Below are positions 20,532 through 30,939 of a stretch of DNA of 64,000 nucleotides, piece after piece. The translations under genes were made by a program, and so were the position numbers. Numbering within the stretch: position 1 is the first letter of the stretch; the number at the start of each line of letters is the position of its first letter. The stretch comes from a bacterium (GTDB lineage: Bacteria; Hydrothermota; Tepidihabitantia; SM23-42; JAOAFX01). Where the stretch lies: NCBI GenBank assembly GCA_036796695.1, contig DAIRCK010000015.1:438-64437 (forward strand). The letters are read 5' to 3'. The notes below the pieces were generated by a model, which saw only the letters and a list, made by a program, of their open reading frames with translations, searched no databases and was not told the DNA's origin.

Positions 20532-21707
20532 CTACTTGAGCGATTCCCACAGTATCTCTGAAACATCCATTACCTTTATCTCAGAATTCATTGATTTCAG
20601 TGTCTCTTCAAACATCTGGAGACAATAAGGGCAAGCAACAGCAATCACTTCTGCACCAGTATTTAACAATTGTTTCAATCGCAAATTCGCAAGCCTCTCT
20701 TCATTTGCATATTCACGCCATAATCCCATTGAACCAGCACCACAGCAAATACTATTTTTCCGGTTAAAGAATGGGACTTCAACGAGTTTCAATTCTGGAA
20801 TAGATTTTAATATCTCTCTTGGCTCTTCATAAATACCACTCTGCCTTCCGAGAGTGCAAGGGTCATGATAAACAACAGTCTTATTGAATGGATTTCTTGG
20901 TTTTATTTTACCTGTTTTTATCTGCTCAAAGATGACCTGTGTATAGTGGAATGGCTGGATATTATGATAATTTTTATACTCGTTATTGAAAATCGTATAA
21001 CAATGGGATGAAATTGTAATTGTATTTTTCACATTTAAATCTCTGAACATTTTGAGATTGCTATCAAAGAGTTGCCTGAACACCTTTTCTCCACCAGCCC
21101 GACGCACCGCCTCACCACAACAAACCTCTTTATCGCCATCTATTCCAAACTTTATTTCTGCCTTCTGAAGTACCTGTGCTATGGAATATGCTACACTCTT
21201 TGCCCTTGTATCATAAGCAGTTATACAACAGACAAAAAGAAGATAATCAAGTTCTCCAGTAAATTTTGGTATTGTTAGTCCATCTGCCCAACCCTTTCTC
21301 TTATCCTGTGATTCACCCAGGGGATTACCATTGCTACTCAACCTTAGGAATAAACTCTTCAACTCCTGTGGATATGAACCAAAATCAATCATTATTCTGC
21401 GTGCAGAACGAAGAATATTGGATATATTCACTTTTCTCGGGCACTCATAAAGGCAACTATCACAGCCAACACACCGAAAGACCTCATTGGTTTCCTGACA
21501 GATTGCATCTTTTTCTTCACTGCAAAGAATCGCTCCCAATCTTATTAAATCAGGGAATTGGTAAGTTGTATAGTTCACACTATCAACCATATTCCAGGGA
21601 CAGGCAGCCATACATCTGCCGCACTCATAACATTTTAATGCATCTTCTGCTCCCTGTTCAAGGAGCAGTTCACGGATTTCAGGATTGAGTTTGATTATGC
21701 TGGACAT
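20532..21707 (-). CDS. (Fe-S)-binding oxidoreductase of the HdrD/GlcF/GlpC family with two CCG domains (391 aa)
   Basis: Two 4Fe-4S ferredoxin motifs (CYECGRCMAACP, CVGCDSCLYECP). Two CCG motifs (VCCGEAV, ICCGAGS). No TM helices seen. Confidence 0.8.
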   Translation of the reverse strand: MSSIIKLNPEIRELLLEQGAEDALKCYECGRCMAACPWNMVDSVNYTTYQFPDLIRLGAILCSEEKDAICQETNEVFRCVGCDSCLYECPRKVNISNILRSARRIMIDFGSYPQELKSLFLRLSSNGNPLGESQDKRKGWADGLTIPKFTGELDYLLFVCCITAYDTRAKSVAYSIAQVLQKAEIKFGIDGDKEVCCGEAVRRAGGEKVFRQLFDSNLKMFRDLNVKNTITISSHCYTIFNNEYKNYHNIQPFHYTQVIFEQIKTGKIKPRNPFNKTVVYHDPCTLGRQSGIYEEPREILKSIPELKLVEVPFFNRKNSICCGAGSMGLWREYANEERLANLRLKQLLNTGAEVIAVACPYCLQMFEETLKSMNSEIKVMDVSEILWESLK

Positions 21708-21759
21708 AATTTGGTTATTTGGTTAATAGTTTAAATGACGTACGTATTTTTTGTAATTC

Positions 21760-22161
21760 TTAAGAATTCTTTTCTAATATCTCCACAATTTCATCAGCAA
21801 CATCCTTAGCGGATTTGTCCGTTATATCAACCTCTACTTTTGTTTTCTCTTTCCAGCGCCCAGCCTCTTTTTCTTTAAAGATAATAAGAACTTTTTGTTC
21901 AGCCATCTTCTCCGGTGAGATATCCAGGCGGACACTTTTATTATTTTTGTCACTTTTTAACATCATTTCAAAACTAACAATTTCTTTTTCTATTTCTTTA
22001 TCCCAACCTTTGGTGGGAACGGTATATTTTGACCCGATTTTCTTTATTATTGCATCTTCCAATTTCGCTTTTTCTTCTCTATACCTCTGTATGGCATCTC
22101 TTATCGTCTCTATATTTTTCAGAAAAAATTTGCTGAATTCCCCAAAAATTGGTCCTTCCAT
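21760..22161 (-). CDS. hypothetical protein (133 aa)
   Basis: ATG with RBS AAGGAGGT. Charged, soluble. No motif recognised. Confidence 0.45.
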   Translation of the reverse strand: MEGPIFGEFSKFFLKNIETIRDAIQRYREEKAKLEDAIIKKIGSKYTVPTKGWDKEIEKEIVSFEMMLKSDKNNKSVRLDISPEKMAEQKVLIIFKEKEAGRWKEKTKVEVDITDKSAKDVADEIVEILEKNS

Positions 22162-22162
22162 T

Positions 22163-23125
22163 TTAACCTCCTTGGCATGATAATATTCTAAATCTCCTCA
22201 GGTTATTTTCTATGTGTTTCCGATTTTCACCATTGAAAAATTTAATCAACTTGGTTATAATCTGTGTAATAAATTGTGCTATAGCAAATTTAAAATATGG
22301 ATTTATAGTCTTATTATTTTCAATTTCCACATATAATTCCGAAATCAATAAAATGAGTCTCCACCAATCCATTACTTTCCATTCATCTGAACTGAGTTTG
22401 ATTTGATTGTCTTTATTCGGATCAGGATTTAATTTAGGATCTAAATATATTTTAAATTGCCTAGGTCTGTTTAATTTAGAATTGTTTAAAGCCTCATCGT
22501 ATCTTTTTAATTGATTTCTGCCTTCTTTTGTGCGAATTTTCATTTCTATTGCACAAAAAAATTTATCAGACACAATGAGCAAATCAATTCCATATTTTTC
22601 CCGTTGAACTATAGTGTTTGTAAAATCATCATCAGAAAATGGGGTTTTATCTTCGTTTTGGTCACCACAAGTTTTTACGATATAATTTACAAAGATTTTG
22701 GTAAATAAATTTCCTAAAGCATGGCAAGAATTTGAATTAAGAAGCCAAGCTAGAAAATCGCGATAATGTCCTTCTTGGATGTCAAAATATTCAAATAAAT
22801 TAATTTTGCATTCATTCATACTTAGAATTTCAAAAACTTTTCTTTCTCTTGGGTCTAAATTTCTAATTTCATCAACAATCATCTCACAATATTGTTTTAA
22901 AAATTTTTTAAATTCCTCTTCCTTTTCCTTCATAAGTTTTTTGTATCCATAAAGGAAAACATGGAACTTCTTTGCTCTATTATCCTCTGCCTCTCTCAAA
23001 TATTGCTTATATTGCTCCACAAAATTAGTTAATAAAGCTAAATTGTGATAGTGATAGTTGTTTATCATTTGTGTGTATTCCTGAACAAATTTGTTAAATT
23101 TTTCTATGAGCGAGAAATCACTCAT
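22163..23125 (-). CDS. hypothetical protein with a possible PD-(D/E)xK nuclease core (320 aa)
   Basis: IDLLIVSDKFFCAIEMKIRTKE fits a D-x13-E-x-K pattern. Otherwise unassignable. Confidence 0.4.
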   Translation of the reverse strand: MSDFSLIEKFNKFVQEYTQMINNYHYHNLALLTNFVEQYKQYLREAEDNRAKKFHVFLYGYKKLMKEKEEEFKKFLKQYCEMIVDEIRNLDPRERKVFEILSMNECKINLFEYFDIQEGHYRDFLAWLLNSNSCHALGNLFTKIFVNYIVKTCGDQNEDKTPFSDDDFTNTIVQREKYGIDLLIVSDKFFCAIEMKIRTKEGRNQLKRYDEALNNSKLNRPRQFKIYLDPKLNPDPNKDNQIKLSSDEWKVMDWWRLILLISELYVEIENNKTINPYFKFAIAQFITQIITKLIKFFNGENRKHIENNLRRFRILSCQGG

Positions 23126-23161
23126 AAGACTCCACTGTCTTTGATTCTTCGGATAAATTTA

Positions 23162-23407
23162 TTATTCCCATGTATCATAAAACATGCCTTCCTTAAAACA
23201 GTTTGTTAAGAAAGAGGAGAATTCATCATCTACCCATATAGCACGCCAATCTTCTAAATCTTCTACGCTACATTCTACCCAATTAATTCTCCTGCCTTTT
23301 GTAGATTCCATTCTTATTGATACTGCTGAGGGAAAATGAATCGCTTCGTATCCAGGCTGGTATACAACTTCGAATCCAACTTCCATTTCTAACTTAACGC
23401 AATTCAC
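23162..23407 (-). CDS. hypothetical protein (81 aa)
   Basis: ORF only. Confidence 0.3.
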   Translation of the reverse strand: MNCVKLEMEVGFEVVYQPGYEAIHFPSAVSIRMESTKGRRINWVECSVEDLEDWRAIWVDDEFSSFLTNCFKEGMFYDTWE

Positions 23408-23465
23408 ATAGGGTTTTTTGAATAATGTGGGGGCAATTTGATTAAACTGTGCAAGAGCCGATGCT

Positions 23466-24431
23466 TCAAATAATGATAAGGCAGCACCGACCCCCCCATA
23501 ATTTTCCGGCTTTTATACAGGCCTGGCGTGCTTTTTTGCTCATAGCGTAAGAAATAGTTACAGTGCTATCTTTATACTCAACTGAAACAGATCCTCTTTT
23601 CACATCGGCTGTTTGGGTCCATACCTTCTCTATAATCTTAAGAATTTTTGCTTCAAGTTCTTTTCTCTCTCGTTCCAACTTTGCTAATCTTATTTCTTCC
23701 TGCTTCTTTGCTTCTTCAAATTTATTAAATAACGTAATAAATGAGGATGGTATCGTAAGTTCTTGTTTAACCGTAGGTTCGTCTGCTAATTTAACCAGAA
23801 AGTTTATTTCTGCTTTTTCTGGACATAATTTTATAATGCTATCCGCAGGAATACTGATTACGCCCAATGAGTCAGTTTTTAGGACTAATGAATATGGAGT
23901 CTCATTGATTTCTACAGTTATGTATTTATAATGAAGAGGGATAGGAGTAAAATCGATATCGTCATCAAATTTTTTCTGAGTTTTAATATATTTTTTATGC
24001 TGACCCAAAAACAATGCTGAAACAACCCCGATGCTACCCACGCCAATTAAATCTCTACCAAGCGCAATATAACCGGTGGTCGCATTTGTATCAAGTAATA
24101 GGTAACAGCCCACTCCCCCTAAAACACAGCCGCTAATCCCCATAGTCCATGCGGCGATTGGATGTAAATACTTTTCATAAGTAATTATAGAATTATAATT
24201 ATGCCTTTCCCGAATAAGTTCCTGAAAACGTAAAACGAAATTAGGGTCAACCTTTGAATAAGCATTCAATTCTTCACTCGGCTCCAGGTCAAAATGTGGA
24301 GATGAGACCAATTTAATTTCTATTTTTCGTTCAATTCTTTCATCACCTAATGGCACTCTTTCTGTGCCGACTTTTATTGTTGCACAATGAATAAGCAAAA
24401 GGCTAAAAACCACTATCTTTATGTTGTTCAT
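23466..24431 (-). CDS. secreted/membrane protein with a C-terminal coiled coil (321 aa)
   Basis: N-terminal signal-like segment MNNIKIVVFSLLLIHC, internal TM helices, and a KQEEIRLAKLERERKELEAK coiled coil. Confidence 0.5.
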   Translation of the reverse strand: MNNIKIVVFSLLLIHCATIKVGTERVPLGDERIERKIEIKLVSSPHFDLEPSEELNAYSKVDPNFVLRFQELIRERHNYNSIITYEKYLHPIAAWTMGISGCVLGGVGCYLLLDTNATTGYIALGRDLIGVGSIGVVSALFLGQHKKYIKTQKKFDDDIDFTPIPLHYKYITVEINETPYSLVLKTDSLGVISIPADSIIKLCPEKAEINFLVKLADEPTVKQELTIPSSFITLFNKFEEAKKQEEIRLAKLERERKELEAKILKIIEKVWTQTADVKRGSVSVEYKDSTVTISYAMSKKARQACIKAGKLWGGRCCLIII

Positions 24432-24642
24432 TTTCGCTCCTTTTTTGAAAATACATCAAGCGCAAATCCCTAGCCATCTATTTGCAATTGAAGTGTTTTT
24501 TTTCGCATTGTCAGTTCACCTCTGATATTATTTTGTATTTGTTTTTCCCCGTATTTAAAAAATTTCATTTATCAACGGAGACTCTTCCTTAAAGTAAATA
24601 AAGAATTTATTTTAGCGCTTCTTGATAATAAATCAGGTTTAT

Positions 24643-25101
24643 TCACGGTCTTATTTTTATTATACGAAGCCCATCGTCATCATCTGCAACATAGGCATAA
24701 GAACCACAAACATAGACATCGTTTGCATAGTCCGGGGTATCATAATAGCCAACCTCAGTGGGAAGACTCTTAACTATTGTAGAATCAGTTTTGCGCCAGT
24801 TGCCTGCAACATCAAAGGCTTTAGCCCATATGGTATGCATAGAACCATCCATAATCCTCTGCCATTGATAAGAGAATGGTTTACTGTTAAGTGTGGTAAG
24901 AAGCGTATCGTCAGCGTAGAGTTCAACTTTTTCAACATTTTTATTGTCATCTACTTGAAGAACTATTTCGACTTTCTCCGAAATAAAAGAACCTTCCTCA
25001 GGCGAAATTATTTTAACCTCAGGCGGTTCTATGTCAAAAATAAAATCGCATTTTACCAGACCGATTACAAGTAAACTTATTATTAGAGGAGTTAAACGCA
25101 T
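24643..25101 (-). CDS. small secreted protein (152 aa)
   Basis: Signal peptide [18 protein letters not shown]. Predicted beta-rich. Confidence 0.5.
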   Translation of the reverse strand: MRLTPLIISLLVIGLVKCDFIFDIEPPEVKIISPEEGSFISEKVEIVLQVDDNKNVEKVELYADDTLLTTLNSKPFSYQWQRIMDGSMHTIWAKAFDVAGNWRKTDSTIVKSLPTEVGYYDTPDYANDVYVCGSYAYVADDDDGLRIIKIRP

Positions 25102-25153
25102 TATTCACCCCCTTTATTTAAAATGCTGACATTGTTTATCAGAAAATATTTAA

Positions 25154-25411
25154 TCATTTTATTTTTACAACATTATACTCATTGAAAAGGTTATTTTTTA
25201 CCCAAGCATCCGCCGATTTCATTACTTTTTTAATGTCGGATTCTATGGATAAAGGATACAATATAGGAATTACTTCAGTAGGACTTCTTTTGAAAAAGAG
25301 AATAGAACAATAGTAATTTAGAAAGTCTCCATATCTACTAATGATTAACCGACAACAATCTTTACCATCCCGGGCTATAAACCTATAGATGAAAGTTTCT
25401 ATTTTAATCAT
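25154..25411 (-). CDS. hypothetical protein (85 aa)
   Basis: ORF only. Confidence 0.3.
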   Translation of the reverse strand: MIKIETFIYRFIARDGKDCCRLIISRYGDFLNYYCSILFFKRSPTEVIPILYPLSIESDIKKVMKSADAWVKNNLFNEYNVVKIK

Positions 25412-25850
25412 TTCAAGTAGTTATAGCAAAGAATAAAAGAAAGTCAATATCCAGGCTAATGAGCTTTATCTTTCTACCCTATCGAGCATTCGCGAAAGAC
25501 CTTTTAAGTATCTTGTAACTATACCTACGATTACTAATCTCTGTAATAAACTCTTCCAACAATGTCTTCATTTTAAGACAACCCAGTAAGTCCGACAAAA
25601 TATAGCAAAGTCATGAGTTCTATTCGGTGTTTCACCTTTGTTCTCTTCATTTTTTGCCTCGTATACTTTTCCAGAACGAAATGGCACATAAAGACTTTGT
25701 AGATATACGCACCAGTGTTAAACATATGTGAGGCAGTATCAAACTCATAAATTGTAGAATCTAACAAGTTCTGAGGTTTGATTTCATCGGTGATTAACAA
25801 ATTCTATTAAAAAATACCGTAAGGCAATATCACTATTTACTACTATCTTT

Positions 25851-25882
25851 TGTGCGATAAATTGTAACGTTACAATTTCTTG
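25851..25882. repeat. ATAAAT-loop hairpin motif, copy 3: TGTGCGATAAATTGTAACGTTACAATTTC
   Basis: Aligns with copies 1 and 2. Has an additional perfect palindrome AAATTGTAACGTTACAATTT. Lies downstream of etfA. Confidence 0.45.
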
Positions 25883-25955
25883 TTTTTGAATTTGGAATTT
25901 TTATCATTGGTGCTTGTTTAGAATTTAGGTTTTAGTGCTTAGGATTTCATTCTTT

Positions 25956-26936
25956 TTATTTTGCTTGTTTTAACTCAAGTATCTTATTCTTCAAAACCGG
26001 CACGACTTTGAACAGATCTTCAACAATTCCGTAATCTGCTTCGTTGAATATTGGTGCATTCGGGTCTTTATTCACAGCAATAATTGTATCAGAATTTTTC
26101 ATTCCCATTATATGTTGAAATGCACCAGAGATTCCAAGTGCGATGTATAACTTCGGTTTCACTGTCTTTCCTGATGAACCGACCTGATGTTCTTTTGGTA
26201 ACCAGCCTGCATCAACTACCGGTCTTGTGCATCCGAGAACACCGCCAATTGCCTTTGCAAAATCTTCTATTACTGGCAGATTAGCTTTATCTTTTATACC
26301 TCTTCCCACAGAGACAATTATGTCTGCCTTAGTAATATCAACTGCACCAACCGCTGCCTCAATGTATTCAATAAATTTCCGATATTCAGGTTGGGAATTC
26401 AGCGGTGTCTCTAATTTAACAACTTCTGCCTCAAGATTTCCAGTTTCTACCGGTATACTGCCGCTACGATAAGTCACAAGATACGATGGATTCTCTTTCA
26501 ATAAAATTCTTGCATTCAACTTTCCATCATACATTGACCTTATGACCCTTAATTTACCATCAAAAACCTGAACATCTATACAATCAGTGGAAAATGGAAT
26601 ATTCAATTGTGTAGCAAGAGATGGTCCTAAATCCATACCCATTGCAGTGTGGCCAATAATTGTGAGAAATGGATTTTCTTTTTTCAATATCTCATTTAAG
26701 GCAATCTGATAACTCTCCGCATTGAAATCCTTAAAAATCGCATTTTCCATCACGATAATCCTGTGGGCACTATTTTTCAACTGCCCGATAAATTTTTCTG
26801 TATTGTCAGAAAGTAAGACTGCACTGCACTGGGTATTTAAAGTTTGAGCAAGTTTTCTTCCCAGAGTTAAAAGTTCAAATGTAATATCCCTTATCACACC
26901 CTGACGGTGTTCAACCAAAGCAAAAATTCCATTCAT
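25956..26936 (-). CDS. etfA: electron transfer flavoprotein alpha subunit
   Basis: Etf alpha FAD-binding domain (VSVGRGI, PKLYIALGISGAFQH). 326 aa. No N-terminal ferredoxin domain. Confidence 0.9.
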   Translation of the reverse strand: MNGIFALVEHRQGVIRDITFELLTLGRKLAQTLNTQCSAVLLSDNTEKFIGQLKNSAHRIIVMENAIFKDFNAESYQIALNEILKKENPFLTIIGHTAMGMDLGPSLATQLNIPFSTDCIDVQVFDGKLRVIRSMYDGKLNARILLKENPSYLVTYRSGSIPVETGNLEAEVVKLETPLNSQPEYRKFIEYIEAAVGAVDITKADIIVSVGRGIKDKANLPVIEDFAKAIGGVLGCTRPVVDAGWLPKEHQVGSSGKTVKPKLYIALGISGAFQHIMGMKNSDTIIAVNKDPNAPIFNEADYGIVEDLFKVVPVLKNKILELKQAK

Positions 26937-26985
26937 AGTGGCTCCTTAGTCAATAATTGTAGTTGTCTGATTCATCAGATATGTT

Positions 26986-27012
26986 TGATAAATCAAACCG
27001 CTACATTGGAAC
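26986..27012. repeat. ATAAAT-loop hairpin motif, copy 4: TTTGATAAATCAAACCGCTACATTGG
   Basis: Lies between etfB and etfA. The arms covary (TTTGAT/ATCAAA). Confidence 0.45.
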
Positions 27013-27159
27013 TACTGAAAAAACTATAAACCATACTATTCGTCATGCTGAACCTTATCCTGGATTTAGTTCAGGATTGTTTAAGCATCCTATTAGACCC
27101 TGAAATAAATTCAGGGTGACAGAATACTTTTTCAGCAATTGCGCATAGATTATTCGGCA

Positions 27160-27930
27160 TTAAAGTAATCCCTTTTCCTTTATTATTCCGGCAAGTTTTG
27201 TTGCAACTTCATCAGCACTGCCTGTGAGTATTTCTGCCCTTTTTCCAACAGGTGGCAAGAAAAGTTCCTCAAGTGTAGTATTTGAAATAACATCTAAACC
27301 AATATCAGATTTCCCTATTGTCTTTATCTCCTTGCTTGCAGCCCTTCTGATTGCAATAAGAGATGCAAAACGCGGAGTGTTTATCCCAGTCTGTATTGTA
27401 ACCAATGCCGGAAGGTTTAGTTCAAGATGTTCAAGTAACCCACCTTCAAGTTCACGATAGACCTGTGCCTTATTGTTTGCAATATCAAATTTTGTAACGA
27501 GTGAGGCGTGTGGGATTCCTAATAACTCTGCCAATGTCTGTCCCACCATTGAATAGGCATCATCGGTTGACATACAACCAGTGAGGATCAAATCATAAGG
27601 TAATCCTTTTATCACCGAGTTTAATATTACTGCAGTCTTATAACCATCTATCTCGCCAAAATCCTCAGCCTTAATTCTTACTGCTGAATCACCACCTTTT
27701 GCCAGTGCAATCCTTAAGGTATCCTCGGTATCTGGATAACCAAGACTCACCACAGTAACAGTTCCACCATATTTCTCCTTTAATAAAATAGCCTCTTCAA
27801 GTGCATAACTATCAGATTCATTCATATCAAAGGCAAGACGGTCTTTTACAATATCCTTGCCCGTTGAATCAATCTTTACATCCGCCTCTGCGGTTTGAGG
27901 CACCCGTTTGATGCAGACGATAATATTCAA
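27160..27930 (-). CDS. etfB: electron transfer flavoprotein beta subunit
   Basis: Etf beta family throughout (MNIIVCIKRVPQT..). TTG start with RBS GGAGG. Confidence 0.9.
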   Translation of the reverse strand: MNIIVCIKRVPQTAEADVKIDSTGKDIVKDRLAFDMNESDSYALEEAILLKEKYGGTVTVVSLGYPDTEDTLRIALAKGGDSAVRIKAEDFGEIDGYKTAVILNSVIKGLPYDLILTGCMSTDDAYSMVGQTLAELLGIPHASLVTKFDIANNKAQVYRELEGGLLEHLELNLPALVTIQTGINTPRFASLIAIRRAASKEIKTIGKSDIGLDVISNTTLEELFLPPVGKRAEILTGSADEVATKLAGIIKEKGLL

Positions 27931-28004
27931 ATTGCCTCCTTATCTATAAAGGAAAAATTGATGCATACAAATTTAAGCAAATTCAGACGGATTAAGTATC
28001 CGTT

Positions 28005-28030
28005 TGCATCCGCAATCATCAGTTTGAATC
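28005..28030. promoter_or_regulatory. acd/etf upstream box, copy a (reverse orientation): TGCATCCGCAATCATCAGTTTGAATC
   Basis: Shares the two-half-site consensus seen at 29194, 29676 and 32421. Confidence 0.4.
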
Positions 28031-29173
28031 TTACTTAAGTAATTCCCTTGCAATCACAATCTTCTGGATCTCGCTTGTTCCTTCATAGAGTTCAAGAATC
28101 TTGGCATCGCGGTAGAATCGTTCAACTGCGTAGTCTTTTGTATAACCATAACCACCAAATATCTGCACAGCCTTACGTGTTACATCAACCGCAATTGTCG
28201 CAGCGTAGTATTTGCACATTGCTGATTCCTTAGAAAATCTTGGCATACCTTTATCTTTACAATAACCAGCATAATATACGAGCAATCTTGCTGCATGGAT
28301 CTGGGTCGCCATCTCTGCGAGCATTGATTGTATCATTTCAAATTCGCATATTGGCTGTCCAAATGCCTTTCGTTCTTTTGAATATTTTACTGCGGCCTCA
28401 AGGGCTGCCTGGGAAATTCCCACAGCCTGGGCACCAATATCCACCCTTGAAACATCGAGTGTATTCATACAGATCTTAAAACCTTCCCCTTCTTTACCAA
28501 GGAGATTTTCTTTTGGAACACGGCAATCCTCAAATATCAACTCACAATTACCACTTGCCCTTATACCCATAAGGTCTTCGTGTTTGCCCAGGGAAAATCC
28601 TGGTGTGCCGCGTTCCACAATAAAAGCACTCATCCCTTTGTGTTTAAGTTCTTTATTGGTATAAGCAAATACTACATAAATTCCGGCCTCTGTTCCATTA
28701 GTGATAAACCTCTTTGTTCCATTTAAAATATAATAATCACCATCAAGTTTTGCGGTCGTTTCCATACCTGCAACATCACTACCTGCATTGGGTTCGGTGA
28801 TACCAATTGCACCGATCTTTTCGCCACTACATAATAACGGCAGATATTTTTGTTTCTGTTCCTCAGTTCCAAAAGTCAAAATAGGGTAGGTACACAATGA
28901 GTTGTTCACAGCAACAACTACGCCCGTAGTTGCACAAACACGGGAAATTTCTTCAATGGCAATTGCCAGAGAAACAAAATCAAGACCTGAACCACCATAT
29001 TTTTCCGGCACAACAATGCCTAACAACCCCTGCTTTGCACATTTTTTTATGTTATTCCAGGGGAATTGTCCTGTTTTATCAATCTCCGGTGCTACAGGCG
29101 CAAGTTCTGCTTCGGCAAATTTGCGCACCTGGTCCTGTAGCATCTTTTGCTCAGATGTCAGATCAAAGTTCAT
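28031..29173 (-). CDS. acyl-CoA dehydrogenase (short/medium-chain, Bcd-like)
   Basis: ACAD N, middle and C domains with the catalytic Glu region (YEGTSEIQ). ATG at 29173 with RBS AAAGGAGG. The track's TTG start at 29200 would read through the upstream motif. Confidence 0.9.
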   Translation of the reverse strand: MNFDLTSEQKMLQDQVRKFAEAELAPVAPEIDKTGQFPWNNIKKCAKQGLLGIVVPEKYGGSGLDFVSLAIAIEEISRVCATTGVVVAVNNSLCTYPILTFGTEEQKQKYLPLLCSGEKIGAIGITEPNAGSDVAGMETTAKLDGDYYILNGTKRFITNGTEAGIYVVFAYTNKELKHKGMSAFIVERGTPGFSLGKHEDLMGIRASGNCELIFEDCRVPKENLLGKEGEGFKICMNTLDVSRVDIGAQAVGISQAALEAAVKYSKERKAFGQPICEFEMIQSMLAEMATQIHAARLLVYYAGYCKDKGMPRFSKESAMCKYYAATIAVDVTRKAVQIFGGYGYTKDYAVERFYRDAKILELYEGTSEIQKIVIARELLK

Positions 29174-29193
29174 ATTACCTCCTTTAACTATTA

Positions 29194-29219
29194 GATTCAA
29201 ACAGATTTATGCGGATTCA
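29194..29219. promoter_or_regulatory. acd/etf upstream box, copy b: GATTCAAACAGATTTATGCGGATTCA
   Basis: Lies 20-45 nt upstream of the acd start at 29173. Confidence 0.45.
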
Positions 29220-29272
29220 CACTGATTATTATTCGTTCACATCCCCAGCTCATCTTTTTGAATTCATATTTT

Positions 29273-29663
29273 TTATACAGACTTACGCCTTACTAAGCGA
29301 ATATACTCTAATTCAGGACTTCCAAAATTCACAAGCAACCCCACTTCGTAAGGCGAAGCCTTTAATTGAGAAATTAACTGTTCACGGAAAACTTTCGGTA
29401 AAAATTCAACCGCTTTCAATTCAAGAATAACTTTACCATCTATCACCAAATCAAGAAGAAATTTCCCAATTATCTTATTGTTATATTTGATATTTATCAC
29501 TTTCTCTTTTTTCGTACGGTATTTTTTGCTCATTTAATTCAATCTCTATCGCTCGCTGGTAAACCTTTTCGGGGAAACCACAACCAAGTGTTTTATGAAC
29601 CTTAAATAATATTCCAATTATTTTATATGTTAAATCTTTATAAAGCAATTTATCTGAATGCAT
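29273..29663 (-). pseudogene. GxxExxY-family protein gene split by a frameshift
   Basis: Two overlapping ORFs (29481-29663 and 29273-29533). Together they cover a GxxExxY protein (GCGFPEKVYQRAIEIEL .. LELKAV .. GLLVNFG). The frame changes in an A/T homopolymer near 29480-29530. Confidence 0.5.
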
Positions 29664-29675
29664 TATTTATCCGTT

Positions 29676-29703
29676 TGAATTCGCTAAAATCTGTTTGAAT
29701 CGG
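29676..29703. promoter_or_regulatory. acd/etf upstream box, copy c: TGAATTCGCTAAAATCTGTTTGAATCGG
   Basis: Lies downstream of acd 29713-30834, in opposite orientation to copies b and d. Confidence 0.4.
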
Positions 29704-29712
29704 TAGTATTTT

Positions 29713-30834
29713 TTATTTTCCCAGCACCTGTCTTGCAATAACAATTTTTTGAATCTCGCTCGTGCCTTCACCAATTTCCATCAGTTTTTCATCGCGCAAA
29801 AATCGTTCTACAGGGTATTCATCTGTTATTCCAAACAATCCATGTATATCAATCGCCAGACTCGTTGCCTTCATCCCGATTGTTGATGCATAATATTTTG
29901 CCATTGCCGATTCTTTAACATAAGGCAAACCAGCATCTTTTAATTGTGCTGCGTTGTAGATCAATAACCTCGCAGCTTCAATCTCAGTTGACATCTCAGC
30001 AATCCTTGATTGTATCGATTGTTCTTTGTGGAGATTATTCTCTTTAACAAACTTTATTGAGGCATCAAGTGCACCCTGGGCAATTCCCAAGGCAAGGGCA
30101 CCTATAGAAATCCTGCCACCATCAAGGGTTTCCATAAATATCTTAAAACCATCACCCTCTTTTCCCAGAAGATTTTCTTTTGGAATTACACAATCCTCAA
30201 ATATTAATTCCGATGTTATTGAACCACGAAGTCCGAGTTTATCCTCTTCCCTGCCTGGTGTAAATCCTGGAGTTCCTTTTTCCACAACGAATGCGGAAAT
30301 TCCTTTGTAACCCAATGATGGATCACTGGTCGCGGTAAAAATAATCACATCGGCAATATGGCCTGAGGTAATAAACCTCTTCGTCCCATTGATGATATAC
30401 TTATCACCGACCAATTTAAATCTTGTCTGGGTTCCAGCTGCGTCACTACCTGCATTAGGTTCGGTCAGACCAAATGAACCAATCTTTTCACCCCTTGCAA
30501 GGGGTATGAGCCACTTTTTTTTCTGTTCTTCAGTCCCGGCATAGTATATCGGAAACACCCCAAGTGAAGAATGGGCAGCAAGAAAAATGCCGGTAGAACC
30601 GCAAACCCTGCCAATCTCTTCTACCGCTATTGCATAAGAAAGAACATCAAGGCCTGCACCGCCATATTCTTCAGGCACATAAAGGGCAAGGAGTTTTAAC
30701 TCTGCCATCCTTTTCACTAAATCCCAGGGGAATTCACCCTTCTTATCTATCTCCTTTGCCCTGGGTGCAACCTCATTATCTGCAAAAGAGCGAACCATAT
30801 CTCTAAATTCTTTGTGTCTTTCACTCAAAATCAT
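29713..30834 (-). CDS. acyl-CoA dehydrogenase
   Basis: ACAD family. Roughly 50 percent identical to 28031-29173 by eye (LTEPNAGSD, GEGTSEIQ). Confidence 0.9.
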   Translation of the reverse strand: MILSERHKEFRDMVRSFADNEVAPRAKEIDKKGEFPWDLVKRMAELKLLALYVPEEYGGAGLDVLSYAIAVEEIGRVCGSTGIFLAAHSSLGVFPIYYAGTEEQKKKWLIPLARGEKIGSFGLTEPNAGSDAAGTQTRFKLVGDKYIINGTKRFITSGHIADVIIFTATSDPSLGYKGISAFVVEKGTPGFTPGREEDKLGLRGSITSELIFEDCVIPKENLLGKEGDGFKIFMETLDGGRISIGALALGIAQGALDASIKFVKENNLHKEQSIQSRIAEMSTEIEAARLLIYNAAQLKDAGLPYVKESAMAKYYASTIGMKATSLAIDIHGLFGITDEYPVERFLRDEKLMEIGEGTSEIQKIVIARQVLGK

Positions 30835-30939
30835 GATTCACCGCCTTTTTATCTTTTAAAAATCTCCCTCTTTAATTTCAAGGTGTGCCTCCTGTTAGGT
30901 AAAACCTCTTGGTAAGATAATCCTCTTTTGAAAAGAGAT

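Noticed and set aside
28031-29200. Track start (TTG at 29200) for the first acyl-CoA dehydrogenase
   Set aside because: An ATG at 29173 with a perfect AAAGGAGG RBS lies 9 codons downstream. The extra codons overlap the conserved upstream box.
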